Source: Azovibrio restrictus (lineage in GTDB: Bacteria > Bacteroidota > Bacteroidia > Chitinophagales > Chitinophagaceae). Taken from it: DNA of 64,000 nt. The notes under the pieces were generated by a model, which had not been told where the DNA came from, did not search any database, and saw only the letters and a program-made list of their open reading frames with translations. The first letter of the stretch is position 1. Each line of letters opens with the position of its first letter. Location of the stretch: assembly GCA_029255605.1 (NCBI GenBank), contig JANLJF010000039.1, forward strand, positions 6,399-70,398, written 5' to 3'. The position numbers and the translations under genes were made by a program. Positions 31,664-40,762 of the stretch are shown piece by piece.

Positions 31664-33616
31664 ATGAAGCTATCGGTTATTATTGTAAACTATAATGTAA
31701 AGTACTTCCTGGAAGTATGCCTTCATTCTGTAATAAGAGCTATAGATGGCATAGCTGCAGAAGTAATAGTTGTGGACAATAACAGTAATGATGGTAGTGT
31801 AGAATGGATAGCTGATAAATTTCCGCAGATAAAGCTGATAGCGAATAAAGAAAATCTCGGTTTCTCTAAAGCCAATAACCAGGGTGCGGCTATAGCACAA
31901 GGGGAATATGTACTATTCCTGAACCCTGATACCGTAGTGCCGGAGGAGTTCTTTACCGAAACACTGGCTTATATGGATGCCCACCCCCAGGCAGGCGCTT
32001 TGGGCCCACGGCAGATAGATGGCAAAGGTGCTTATGCCATTGGTTCTAAAAAGTCGTTCCCGAGCTTTTGGACAGCAGTATTTAAAACCACAGGCTTAGG
32101 CAAGCTATTTCCAAAGTCACCTACATTCAACCGCTATTTTGCAGTGCATGTAGGCGAATATGAAGAGGCCCCTATAGAGGTGCTGCATGGCTGCTGTATG
32201 CTGGTGCGTAAAAAAGCGATGGATGAAGCAGGTGGCGCGTTTGATGAAGACTATTTTATGTATTGCGAGGATGTAGACCTTTCCTACCGCATCATAAAAG
32301 CAGGGTACCAGAATATATATTACCCCCATGTAACAATGATACATTATAAGGGTGAGAGCACCCGTAAGGCATCACTTCGTTACATACGCATCTTCAACCA
32401 GGCCTTAGCCACTTTTGTACGCAAACATTATTCATCTGCCCATGCCAAATTATTCCTGTTATTAATAAATATTGGTATTATTTTCAGGGCATTTTTTGCC
32501 ATCTTTAAGAATACGGTCAAGTTATTAAGGTTGCCGATATTGGATGCTATCCTGTTATTAATTACCCTATGGATAGTAAAGGATGTATGGATGAGCAAGA
32601 TACGTGATATCAATCCTATACCCTTTGAGATGGCGCTGATAACCTTCCCGATATATACAGGCATATGGCTGCTATCCTTATTTCTGAATGGCGCGTATGA
32701 TGAGCCATACCGGCCCGGGCGTGTGATACGCGGCATGCTGATAGGTACTATATTAGGTCTCGCCTTCCTGGGGATATTGCCGGCTGAAATGCGCTATTCG
32801 CGTGCGGTAATAGTACTTACAGGTTTTATAGTGGCTGCCCTGATGATAGGCTTACATGGTTTGCTGTACCGTATGGGCATACTTGGCCGCACTAATTATA
32901 ATAACCTTCCACGCAAAGCTATTGTAGTATCTGATGAGGAGCATTATCGTTCTACAATCAATACGCTGAATCATGTTCCCTCTCCACCGGAAGTGATAGG
33001 CCGTGTGGCTTATCAAAACAGCGATTCCCATACAGCGCTGGACATCATAGATAATCTTGACAAAGTATTATACGCTACCGCAGCACAGGAAGTAATATTT
33101 TGTGTGAATGGCATCAGTTATCATACTATACTTGCCTATATGATGAAATGCGGAAAGCAGTATGAATACAAAATACATTTGCCCGGCAGTCGCAGCTTTG
33201 TGGGCAGCAATTCAGAAAATACATCGGGCGACCTGTATACCGTAGATCATCGTTTCAACCTTTCGTCCTTCGAGCACAAGCGCAATAAACGTGTACTGGA
33301 TATAGGTATTAGTTTACTGCTGTTAATATTATACCCGATACTGGCTTTAAAAGTATTACATGCCAGTACATTCTTTAATAATATATTTAAAGTATTGAGC
33401 GGAAAGCGTACCTGGGTAGGTTATAGCAATAAAAATATGTTGCCCGGCTTACCCAAAATCCAGCAGGGTATCATACCTATCAGTGGTGTTCAAAAAGGCT
33501 ATGAACCAAGCGAGGCCATACGTACAGAGCTGGATTATGCATATGCAAAAAACTATACACCCGCTACTGACATTGGCATTCTGAAAAAAAACTGGAAGTA
33601 TTTGGGAGAAAAGTAG
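31664..33616 (+). CDS. Glycosyltransferase family 2 with membrane and C-terminal sugar-transferase-like domains
   Basis: LSVIIVNYNV, VVDNNS.DGS, N.GFSKANN, FLNPDT, FDEDYFMYCED.DL.YR, IHYKGES; start at MKLSVII. Confidence 0.88.
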   Translation: MKLSVIIVNYNVKYFLEVCLHSVIRAIDGIAAEVIVVDNNSNDGSVEWIADKFPQIKLIANKENLGFSKANNQGAAIAQGEYVLFLNPDTVVPEEFFTETLAYMDAHPQAGALGPRQIDGKGAYAIGSKKSFPSFWTAVFKTTGLGKLFPKSPTFNRYFAVHVGEYEEAPIEVLHGCCMLVRKKAMDEAGGAFDEDYFMYCEDVDLSYRIIKAGYQNIYYPHVTMIHYKGESTRKASLRYIRIFNQALATFVRKHYSSAHAKLFLLLINIGIIFRAFFAIFKNTVKLLRLPILDAILLLITLWIVKDVWMSKIRDINPIPFEMALITFPIYTGIWLLSLFLNGAYDEPYRPGRVIRGMLIGTILGLAFLGILPAEMRYSRAVIVLTGFIVAALMIGLHGLLYRMGILGRTNYNNLPRKAIVVSDEEHYRSTINTLNHVPSPPEVIGRVAYQNSDSHTALDIIDNLDKVLYATAAQEVIFCVNGISYHTILAYMMKCGKQYEYKIHLPGSRSFVGSNSENTSGDLYTVDHRFNLSSFEHKRNKRVLDIGISLLLLILYPILALKVLHASTFFNNIFKVLSGKRTWVGYSNKNMLPGLPKIQQGIIPISGVQKGYEPSEAIRTELDYAYAKNYTPATDIGILKKNWKYLGEK

Positions 33617-33624
33617 AAAAAGAT

Positions 33625-33654
33625 TTTGCAGAAATCAGAAAACGATTATTTTTG
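33625..33654 (+). promoter_or_regulatory. Bacteroidetes -33/-7 promoter of tRNA-Asn
   Basis: TTTG at 33625-33628 and TATTTTTG at 33647-33654, 18 nt apart, just upstream of the tRNA. Confidence 0.6.
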
Positions 33655-33676
33655 CAATCCCAATCGGGGAAAACAC

Positions 33677-33750
33677 TCCTCCTTAGCTCAGTTGGTTAGA
33701 GCACCTGACTGTTAATCAGGGGGTCTCAGGTTCAAGTCCTGAAGGGGGAG
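33677..33750 (+). tRNA. tRNA-Asn (anticodon GTT), CCA not encoded
   Basis: Acceptor TCCTCCT/AGGGGGA, D arm GCTC/GAGC, anticodon arm CCTGA-CTGTTAA-TCAGG, T arm TCAGG-TTCAAGT-CCTGA. Confidence 0.97.
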
Positions 33751-33761
33751 CACTGATATAC

Positions 33762-33792
33762 AAAGCGTTACATACACATGTAGCGCTTTTTT
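33762..33792 (+). terminator. Terminator downstream of tRNA-Asn
   Basis: aaagcgttacat-acac-atgtagcgcttt plus T tract. Confidence 0.7.
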
Positions 33793-34050
33793 ATTTTTAG
33801 CCGCACTGAAACTCGCAATAAACTTTCCTTTATCTTCTTTTAAGTCTTGCGTAAGGTCAAATGACCTGAATTGGTGTCAACATTGACACTTGAATAATTT
33901 ACATGTGATTTGGGAAATACTTCCCAGATGGACTTGAATGGAGACGTATTTGGTGCTCAAACCCACTGAGGAACATAAGATGCTAATAAATTAATACTTC
34001 TTTTAGTGAATTTGTATATTTATCAATTGTACATTTAAACGAATATCACT

Positions 34051-35703
34051 ATGAAGATTAGTAGAATTAAAATTGAGAATTTTCGTTCCCTTAAAGAAAC
34101 GGAATTCGCAGTTACAGATTTTAATATATGCGTCGGCCAAAACAACTGTGGCAAAACAAACCTTTTCGAAGCCATTGAATTTTTCTTTAATGGATTAGGT
34201 AGAGCTGGAAATGTGGAAGAACTAAAATTCAGAAGAAATCCACAAAATGAAATTTTGGTGGAGATTGAATTTAGTGGAGCGCAGCACGGGGCCTCTCAAA
34301 TGCAAAATACTGCTAATAAAACCAAGATTGAGAATGCTTTAAACGGTGCTGATACAGTTGTATTCCGGAGAACAAGTTCGATGCCAACTAAGAGAAAGAT
34401 GTTTGTCGGAGGTGTAGAAGTTCAACCAGGAACAGGTTTTGATGTAGCGTTAAATGACTTCTTACCCAAGTTTGAATATATAAGTACGAAACAGTATTAC
34501 GACTCTGTAGCTAAGTATACTAAGACAACTCCTATAGGGATTATGCTCTCAGGTGTGCTCAGTGCTATTTTACAGAGTAATCAACAATATCAAGAATTTC
34601 AGTCCAAATTTGCTGAGCTTTTTGAGGATGACGAATCCCAAATAAAGGAAGAGTTTGACGCAATAGGTAATAAAGTTAAAATACATCTCGAAAAACAATT
34701 CCCAGACACCACTAAAGTGAAATTTGAAGTATCAGCACCCATATTTGACGACTTACTGAAAAATTTTTCAACCTCAATTGACGACGGTGTGGAAACTTCT
34801 GCTGAAGAAAAAGGCGATGGCATGCAACGTGCATTAATGTTGGCAATTATACAAGCATATGCTGATTTCCGAAAGCAAAATGATGATGCTGGTAAATCAT
34901 TCTTATTTTTTATAGACGAAGCAGAATTACATTTGCACCCAACAGCGCAAAGAAATTTAAAAAACGTTCTACACATATTGTCTCAAGGGACTGACCAGGT
35001 ATTTATTAATACACATTCCTCTGTTTTCGTAGCTGACAATTACCCTAATCAGTCAATATTAAAAGTTGAGAAAAGTCATGGAGAAACGGAGATTGATGTA
35101 ACAACCGAATTTGAAAAGCCGTATATCGTTTTTGAATTATTAGGGGGTAGTCCATCCGACCTCCTATTACCTAAAAATTTTTTAATCGTAGAAGGCCAAA
35201 GTGAATTTGAATTATTGACAAGAGTTATTACTCGTTTCTATTCTGGGAAACCCATAATCCAAATCATTAAAGCAAATGGAGACATCGAACAGTCACAAAG
35301 AACAATCAATGCAATTGAAAAAGTATTCGCACCCTTAAGCCTTAGCATATACACAGATAGACTAATTATACTACTTGACCAACCAAGCCAACAAACCCAA
35401 GCTGGGGTACAAAACTTCCGTAACGCTAATCCCCGATTATTAGCGAACAATCAACTTCACATATTATCTCACAGGGACATTGAGCAGTGTTATCCTAACC
35501 AACCTTGTCCCACCTACATAAACTGGAGAAAATCCCAAGCTGAACTTGATGCAGTTAATGCAAACGGTGATAGAGTAATAAATGGAAGGAAAAAGAGGCA
35601 ATTAGCAAAGCACGTTGGCGCAAATATTACACAACAGCAGTTTGAAACAGACTTGCTCGTTTGTTACCAAGCTTTAGAAAAATGCTGGGAATTAGCCTAT
35701 TAA
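34051..35703 (+). CDS. OLD-family ABC ATPase / TOPRIM nuclease
   Basis: IENFRS, Walker A GQNNCGKT, signature KGDGMQR, Walker B FFIDEAELHLHP, NTHS, TOPRIM LIVEGQSE. Confidence 0.85.
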   Translation: MKISRIKIENFRSLKETEFAVTDFNICVGQNNCGKTNLFEAIEFFFNGLGRAGNVEELKFRRNPQNEILVEIEFSGAQHGASQMQNTANKTKIENALNGADTVVFRRTSSMPTKRKMFVGGVEVQPGTGFDVALNDFLPKFEYISTKQYYDSVAKYTKTTPIGIMLSGVLSAILQSNQQYQEFQSKFAELFEDDESQIKEEFDAIGNKVKIHLEKQFPDTTKVKFEVSAPIFDDLLKNFSTSIDDGVETSAEEKGDGMQRALMLAIIQAYADFRKQNDDAGKSFLFFIDEAELHLHPTAQRNLKNVLHILSQGTDQVFINTHSSVFVADNYPNQSILKVEKSHGETEIDVTTEFEKPYIVFELLGGSPSDLLLPKNFLIVEGQSEFELLTRVITRFYSGKPIIQIIKANGDIEQSQRTINAIEKVFAPLSLSIYTDRLIILLDQPSQQTQAGVQNFRNANPRLLANNQLHILSHRDIEQCYPNQPCPTYINWRKSQAELDAVNANGDRVINGRKKRQLAKHVGANITQQQFETDLLVCYQALEKCWELAY

Positions 35704-35742
35704 TAAGCCTAATTATCTCAAAGGATTCTCCCTACATATAAA

Positions 35743-37695
35743 TCACACCATATTCCTAAGCCTTTCATCGCTTGGTACTCTTTCCTGAAGTATACTCAAG
35801 AAATCTCTCCAATTGTGCATGGATTCAGCTAATAATGTTTGCCAATCTACGCAAAACATGTTTTCATCTTTTAAACTATTGATTTTGTCTAAAACATAAG
35901 ATTTACCATCTAAGCCGTCAGCAATTAAAAAACCAGTAGTTTGGTTCGACGAGAATTCAAGAACTGAATTTGCGTTGAGCTTGCCACGAATAATTCTAAT
36001 GTACTTTTCAAATCTAAAAATATGGTCATCATCCAAGGTTATACCTGGTCGCATCAATTCTAAAATCAGAAGCTGTTGACCGCTGGAAAGTACTAAATCA
36101 AGTCGCCCTTTGAATTCTTGAACGTCATCTAAGTTGGCTTCCTTCGCGGCTTCCTTAAGTAGATTAGTGACTCTTATTTCCTTTCTAAAAGTATCCCATT
36201 TAGATGAAATCAACCATGGATTTTCTGCAATAAAATCTCTAATTGAGTTTTCTCTATCCCGTTTGGAAATACGTGTTTCAAATCCTTTTATGATGTCAAG
36301 TTTTGTTTTGACTGCTTCTGCTGTATGAAGTGCTGTTAAAACTTTTGTTTCTAATAATATTCCCAAAAACTCCGTGTCATCAATCTCATCAACTTGGGAT
36401 AATCTATTTATCAACCCTTTTAGGCGACCACCCTCCCAAGCGGTGAGTATTGCATTACCAATATCCTCAAACTCTCCTGGATTTATTTTATTTATCGTTG
36501 CCAATTTTTTTAATGCAGACAGAACTATTTTCTTTTCATGGGGTTCTAATTTATCTATTCTCAAAGCGAATGGAGACAGTTTATTCATCATTATATCTTC
36601 TAACTTCTCATTCCTTTTCTTTTTCCTTATTTTTAAAAGTTTCTTTACAGTGCTTTGCCCCCACCGTAGTAAAATCTGAGTTCCCGGGTGGTCCCAATTA
36701 ACTCTTTGGCGCTCAGTGGAAATAACATCCGAAGGTAATTGGTCTATAAAATCAGCTTCGACTTTACCGGTCATATACTCAGGACCAGTGTTACTTGGCA
36801 AATCGTGTGCAGTTAGATTGAATATAAACGGGTTCTGAGCTATTTTTTTATGAGCAAATACACTCACTCCTTTCAAATCGTCTTCTGCAATGATGTCTGG
36901 ATAAAATGCAATCCTCCACTTTATGATATTGCCGTCAGCTAATACTTCTTCACCAGCACCATTTTCGAGCATTTTAATTTTCGCCTTGTCATCCTCCTCA
37001 TAATCTCTGGGAAAAACAAATTCTGCCTTTGCCACACCATCTTCTTCAGGAATACTGATGTCATTGACTTTAACGTTAAACTCGTCTAAGTTTTGATTAA
37101 TCATGAATCGTCTTGACATCCCTCTCAAGAATACTGTTGCGGAAGGTGCTTTCGATAGATTTAAGACTTGCAATGTGACCTTTGTACCTGATAAAGACTT
37201 CCTGTCGGGGTCTGGAGCAGAATACTCAAAATCGTCAAGGCGTATTGGTTTGCCAATATACTCATCACTCCGGATTTTATCTAAATCCATGGTGAATTTG
37301 GTTTGCTCTCCCGTCTCTTTACTGATAGTTTCTATCGTAATTTTTTTTGAAATCCCGAACCCTGCAAACTTGCCTATACCTTTACGCCCCATCAAAAACC
37401 GCCCGCCTTTAGATTTGGCATTGGGATTGCCCTTTCTCGTATCAAAACCAGTAGTTAGATAACGATTTTGGCACTCATTAATAGTCATACCATTTCCGTC
37501 ATCCTTTATAACAATAACACTATCTACAGACAGCCTTTCTGGCAAAATAATGTCTACCTTATTTGCATCTGCGTCCCAAGAATTGGAAACCATTTCTGCT
37601 ATCGCAGCAATAGGGCTTTGATACATTTGTATCCCTAAATGGTCTATTATTCTACCACTAAAGTTTAATACTAATTCATCAGGTGCTTCTGTCAT
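35743..37695 (-). CDS. GHKL (MORC/MutL-like) ATPase fused to a C-terminal PD-(D/E)XK-like nuclease domain
   Basis: AIAEMVSNSWDA (motif I), DDGNGM (II), MGRKGIGKFA.F (III), GTKV; C-terminal GRLDLVL...ILELMRP; start at MTEAPDEL. Confidence 0.85.
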   Translation of the reverse strand: MTEAPDELVLNFSGRIIDHLGIQMYQSPIAAIAEMVSNSWDADANKVDIILPERLSVDSVIVIKDDGNGMTINECQNRYLTTGFDTRKGNPNAKSKGGRFLMGRKGIGKFAGFGISKKITIETISKETGEQTKFTMDLDKIRSDEYIGKPIRLDDFEYSAPDPDRKSLSGTKVTLQVLNLSKAPSATVFLRGMSRRFMINQNLDEFNVKVNDISIPEEDGVAKAEFVFPRDYEEDDKAKIKMLENGAGEEVLADGNIIKWRIAFYPDIIAEDDLKGVSVFAHKKIAQNPFIFNLTAHDLPSNTGPEYMTGKVEADFIDQLPSDVISTERQRVNWDHPGTQILLRWGQSTVKKLLKIRKKKRNEKLEDIMMNKLSPFALRIDKLEPHEKKIVLSALKKLATINKINPGEFEDIGNAILTAWEGGRLKGLINRLSQVDEIDDTEFLGILLETKVLTALHTAEAVKTKLDIIKGFETRISKRDRENSIRDFIAENPWLISSKWDTFRKEIRVTNLLKEAAKEANLDDVQEFKGRLDLVLSSGQQLLILELMRPGITLDDDHIFRFEKYIRIIRGKLNANSVLEFSSNQTTGFLIADGLDGKSYVLDKINSLKDENMFCVDWQTLLAESMHNWRDFLSILQERVPSDERLRNMV

Positions 37696-37790
37696 GGATA
37701 TGAAATATTGGTTTGTGGAATTATAAAGTAAGTATTTTTTGGAATATATCACCCTTTAATCTAAATTTCTTGTTTTTTTAAACAGTAGAA

Positions 37791-38435
37791 ATGAGTGCGG
37801 GTAAACGGATGTTAAATTTGCTCTGTAACAATGTAGGCACAGTTATATCGAGGGACGATTTAGCTGCTGTCGCTGGTGCCCATGACTGGCAACGTTCCAT
37901 TCGTACGCTGAGACAAGAAGGGTGGCAAATAGAAGCCGTAAAAGATGGATATATTTTACATTCTGCAGAACAAATTGACACAGGAAAGAAGCGATTTGCA
38001 ATAGATGCAAAACTAAGGTATGCAGTATTACATCGTGATGGTTCCAAATGTCAACGTTGCGGTCGTACTCCAGCAGATGGAGTAAAACTTGTTATTGACC
38101 ATAAGGTACCCGTTGATTGGGGTGGCAGTACAGAACTTGATAATCTTTGGGCACTTTGTACCGAATGTAATGGAGGAAAGAAAAATTTCTTCTCAGATTA
38201 TGATGCCGAAATAATGAAACAAATAGTATCGCTTGATTCTGGCTGGCAAAGATTGAAACGTTTTTTTGAGTTGGTCCCTAATGAAATAATAGAACCTATT
38301 AAGCTGGATGTAGTTAGTGGTATACGAGATTGGGAACGTACACTACGAGCAATTAGAGAAAAGGAAAAGATGGATATTAAGTGGATTCCAAAGAGTAAAG
38401 AATACCCACATGGTGGGTATGTCTACACTCCTTAA
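37791..38435 (+). CDS. HNH endonuclease flanked by two winged-HTH repeats
   Basis: LRYAVLHRDG.KCQRCG, IDHKVP.DWGG.TE.DNLWALC.ECN.GK; N- and C-terminal repeats DWQRSIRTLRQE and DWERTLRAIREKE. Confidence 0.88.
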   Translation: MSAGKRMLNLLCNNVGTVISRDDLAAVAGAHDWQRSIRTLRQEGWQIEAVKDGYILHSAEQIDTGKKRFAIDAKLRYAVLHRDGSKCQRCGRTPADGVKLVIDHKVPVDWGGSTELDNLWALCTECNGGKKNFFSDYDAEIMKQIVSLDSGWQRLKRFFELVPNEIIEPIKLDVVSGIRDWERTLRAIREKEKMDIKWIPKSKEYPHGGYVYTP

Positions 38436-39673
38436 CCAATGCCGATTTTTTTTAGAATTTTTTTCCCTGTCGCTTGTATGGCCGGAATAGCGACTGAATT
38501 ACCAAACTGTTTGTAAGCGGAGGCATCAGCTACCACTATTTTAAACTCTTCGGGGAATCCTTGTAAGCGAGCCCATTCACGTGGTGTCATTTTCCTAATC
38601 CCTTCTCGATTAACCTCTCCTTTTATTTTGGTTTGAGGCGTAAAGTCTTTTAGCCTAAAGTCATAGACCAGGTTACGCTCTCTTCCCATTCCGCCTACAA
38701 CTATCGCATTCGCGATGCCGCTATCCTTAATAATTTCATACCCAAAACCATTTCCCTTACTTTCATGTCTCTTCTTATGATTGACAAGGGTACTCAAATA
38801 TTGAGTGGATAAATAGTACTTAGCGGACACTCCTTTCTTTTCTTTAACGTCTTTGAAAACTTTTTCTGTGTCTGTAGGTTGTGGATAATCAAATTTGTCA
38901 ATATTTAAATCACTCCTAAACCCCACAATGTAAATTCGCTCTCTATTTTGCGGCACACCAAAGTTCTTGGCATTAATTATTTGAGGCTCTGGGACATAGT
39001 ATTTAAGGTCATCCCGCAGAACATTTAATATTGTCTCCAATGTTTTACCCTTATCATGATTGCGCAACCCCTTGACATTTTCTAAGAAAATTGCTTTGGG
39101 TTTTCGCATTTTTATAATCTCGGCAACGTCAAAAAATAATGTCCCTCGAGTATCCTCAAATCCGCCTCTTTTTCCAGCTATAGAGAATGCTTGGCAAGGG
39201 AACCCAGCACAGAGCACGTCAAAATTCTTCGGAATTGAATTTTTAACTTTAATATCTGTTATGTCTCCGAATGTCTGTTCTCCAAAATTTTCAAAATATG
39301 ATTTCTGAGCAGGCGCATCCCATTCACTCGTAAAAACGCATCGTCCTCCGAGATTTTGTAAAGCGATTCTAAACCCACCAATGCCAGCGAATAAATCTAT
39401 AAATGTGAACTGAGATTTTCTTTCTCTGATAAGGTTATGTTTTGCAAATCCTGCCTTGAGTTGTTGGATAATTGTCTGGATTTCTTTTGCGGAAGAAACA
39501 TTATAGCTTTTTCGAACAAATTTTTCAGCTTCGGCCTTATAGACTTTAGCTTCCGGATATTCCAAATTGTGTATATAGTGAGTCAACTGTGCAAAACCAA
39601 AACTATCTTTCGCTCCATTTGTGTAAAGTTTAATTTCTAAGTTTGGAAATATATTATCGGTTCTTGAGTTCAT
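38432..39673 (-). CDS. dcm: DNA (cytosine-5)-methyltransferase, M.HpaII-like
   Basis: FIDLFAGIGG, AGFPCQAFS, FLENV, PQNRERI, RKMTPREWARLQGF, YKQFGNSVA; target-recognition region ANAIVVGGMGRERNL matches my recollection of M.HpaII (CCGG). Confidence 0.95.
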   Translation of the reverse strand: MNSRTDNIFPNLEIKLYTNGAKDSFGFAQLTHYIHNLEYPEAKVYKAEAEKFVRKSYNVSSAKEIQTIIQQLKAGFAKHNLIRERKSQFTFIDLFAGIGGFRIALQNLGGRCVFTSEWDAPAQKSYFENFGEQTFGDITDIKVKNSIPKNFDVLCAGFPCQAFSIAGKRGGFEDTRGTLFFDVAEIIKMRKPKAIFLENVKGLRNHDKGKTLETILNVLRDDLKYYVPEPQIINAKNFGVPQNRERIYIVGFRSDLNIDKFDYPQPTDTEKVFKDVKEKKGVSAKYYLSTQYLSTLVNHKKRHESKGNGFGYEIIKDSGIANAIVVGGMGRERNLVYDFRLKDFTPQTKIKGEVNREGIRKMTPREWARLQGFPEEFKIVVADASAYKQFGNSVAIPAIQATGKKILKKIGIG

Positions 39674-40070
39674 GAATTGTTTGTTCTATTAGCAGTATAC
39701 AACTTTCTAAATTCTTTTTAATTTCTTTTTCCCAAAATCGCAAAACAGTCCATCCGTCATTTTCCAGAGTCTGATTCACGACGTCATCACGCTTTATGTT
39801 TCCTTCTATTTTTTTCGTCCAGAATGCAATATTTGACTTATGGTCTCCTTTACGGATATGCCAGTCTTTACCATGCCAAAACTCCCCATCTACAAAAATA
39901 GCAAGTTTAATTTTTTGAATGCTAAAATCAGGTTTCCCAAATATCTTATTGGAGTTTTTACGATACCTTATGCCTCTTTCCCATAAAGCTTTACCAACTA
40001 AAAGTTCAATTGAAGTGCCTTTACTTTTATTGGCCTTCATATTCTTTTGTATGCTTTCCTTACTCTTCAT
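39654..40070 (-). CDS. vsr: Very short patch repair endonuclease
   Basis: NM.ANKSKGT..E, G.RYR.N, GKPDF, IFVDGEFWHG, FW..KI..N..RD, GW.VLRFWE. Confidence 0.93.
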   Translation of the reverse strand: MKSKESIQKNMKANKSKGTSIELLVGKALWERGIRYRKNSNKIFGKPDFSIQKIKLAIFVDGEFWHGKDWHIRKGDHKSNIAFWTKKIEGNIKRDDVVNQTLENDGWTVLRFWEKEIKKNLESCILLIEQTIHELKNR

Positions 40071-40713
40071 TCACTTCCAATGCTTTAATCACCTTATCTA
40101 TTTCTGGCTGGCCATATAGGTAAAACTTACCTACTTGGTTTGAAAACTTGTTTATTGGAATATCAACATATTTGACATTCTCAAAGGGTAGATGGCGGGT
40201 CGACTTCTTAGCTCTACCTTTAAGCGAACGTTCAGAATTTAGAAAAAGATTTAATCCCCAAAATCTCTGACCGAAAGATATTAGTAGGTCTATTCCTTCT
40301 TCTGTATCCAAAGCCCTATTATAAAGAACTATATAACCAAGCAATCGCTCTCTTAACGAACATCCAAAATGTATATCTCTAACCAGTGATGGGTAGGCCC
40401 TGTATGCCCTTGCCTTTAACGCCGTAAGTGTTATAGATGATGTACCTGAGGACTTAAAATAGTGGCCATTGTCTAAAATATACTGAGACCAAAATTCCAA
40501 TTGCATAGGAACATATCCATTCAGATAAACGAGCTTATAGAAAGAATGTATAAACATTGGAAATTTCATCATCCATTCCACAGCTTCATCTCTTACTGGC
40601 AAGAATTCAAGCCCATAAAATCTGATTTGCTCTTCAATTGCTTGCTTATCAAGATGGCAATGGTCGTAAAAATTGGGATATTTATCTAATGCAAAAGCTT
40701 TCATTAGAGTCAA
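40060..40713 (-). CDS. Putative TaqI-like restriction endonuclease fold protein
   Basis: LKARAYRAYPSLVRDIHF and ALDTEEGIDLLI resemble recalled R.TaqI segments (LEARLYRT, ELDAQGIDALI); overlaps vsr by 11 bp. Confidence 0.5.
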   Translation of the reverse strand: MTLMKAFALDKYPNFYDHCHLDKQAIEEQIRFYGLEFLPVRDEAVEWMMKFPMFIHSFYKLVYLNGYVPMQLEFWSQYILDNGHYFKSSGTSSITLTALKARAYRAYPSLVRDIHFGCSLRERLLGYIVLYNRALDTEEGIDLLISFGQRFWGLNLFLNSERSLKGRAKKSTRHLPFENVKYVDIPINKFSNQVGKFYLYGQPEIDKVIKALEVNEE

Positions 40714-40762
40714 AAGGTATGGAATTCACTCCTTTTGACCAATACTTGTTGACTACTCCGTC

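Noticed and set aside
775-33000. Numerous 60-210 aa ORFs in the track overlapping core genes (for example 5385-5918, 8827-9402, 15990-16631, 21810-22412)
   Set aside because: Antisense or alternate-frame shadows of well-supported genes, with no family motifs
34051-35703. Gabija or retron system call for the OLD ATPase
   Set aside because: No UvrD-like GajB and no reverse transcriptase or msr-msd region adjacent
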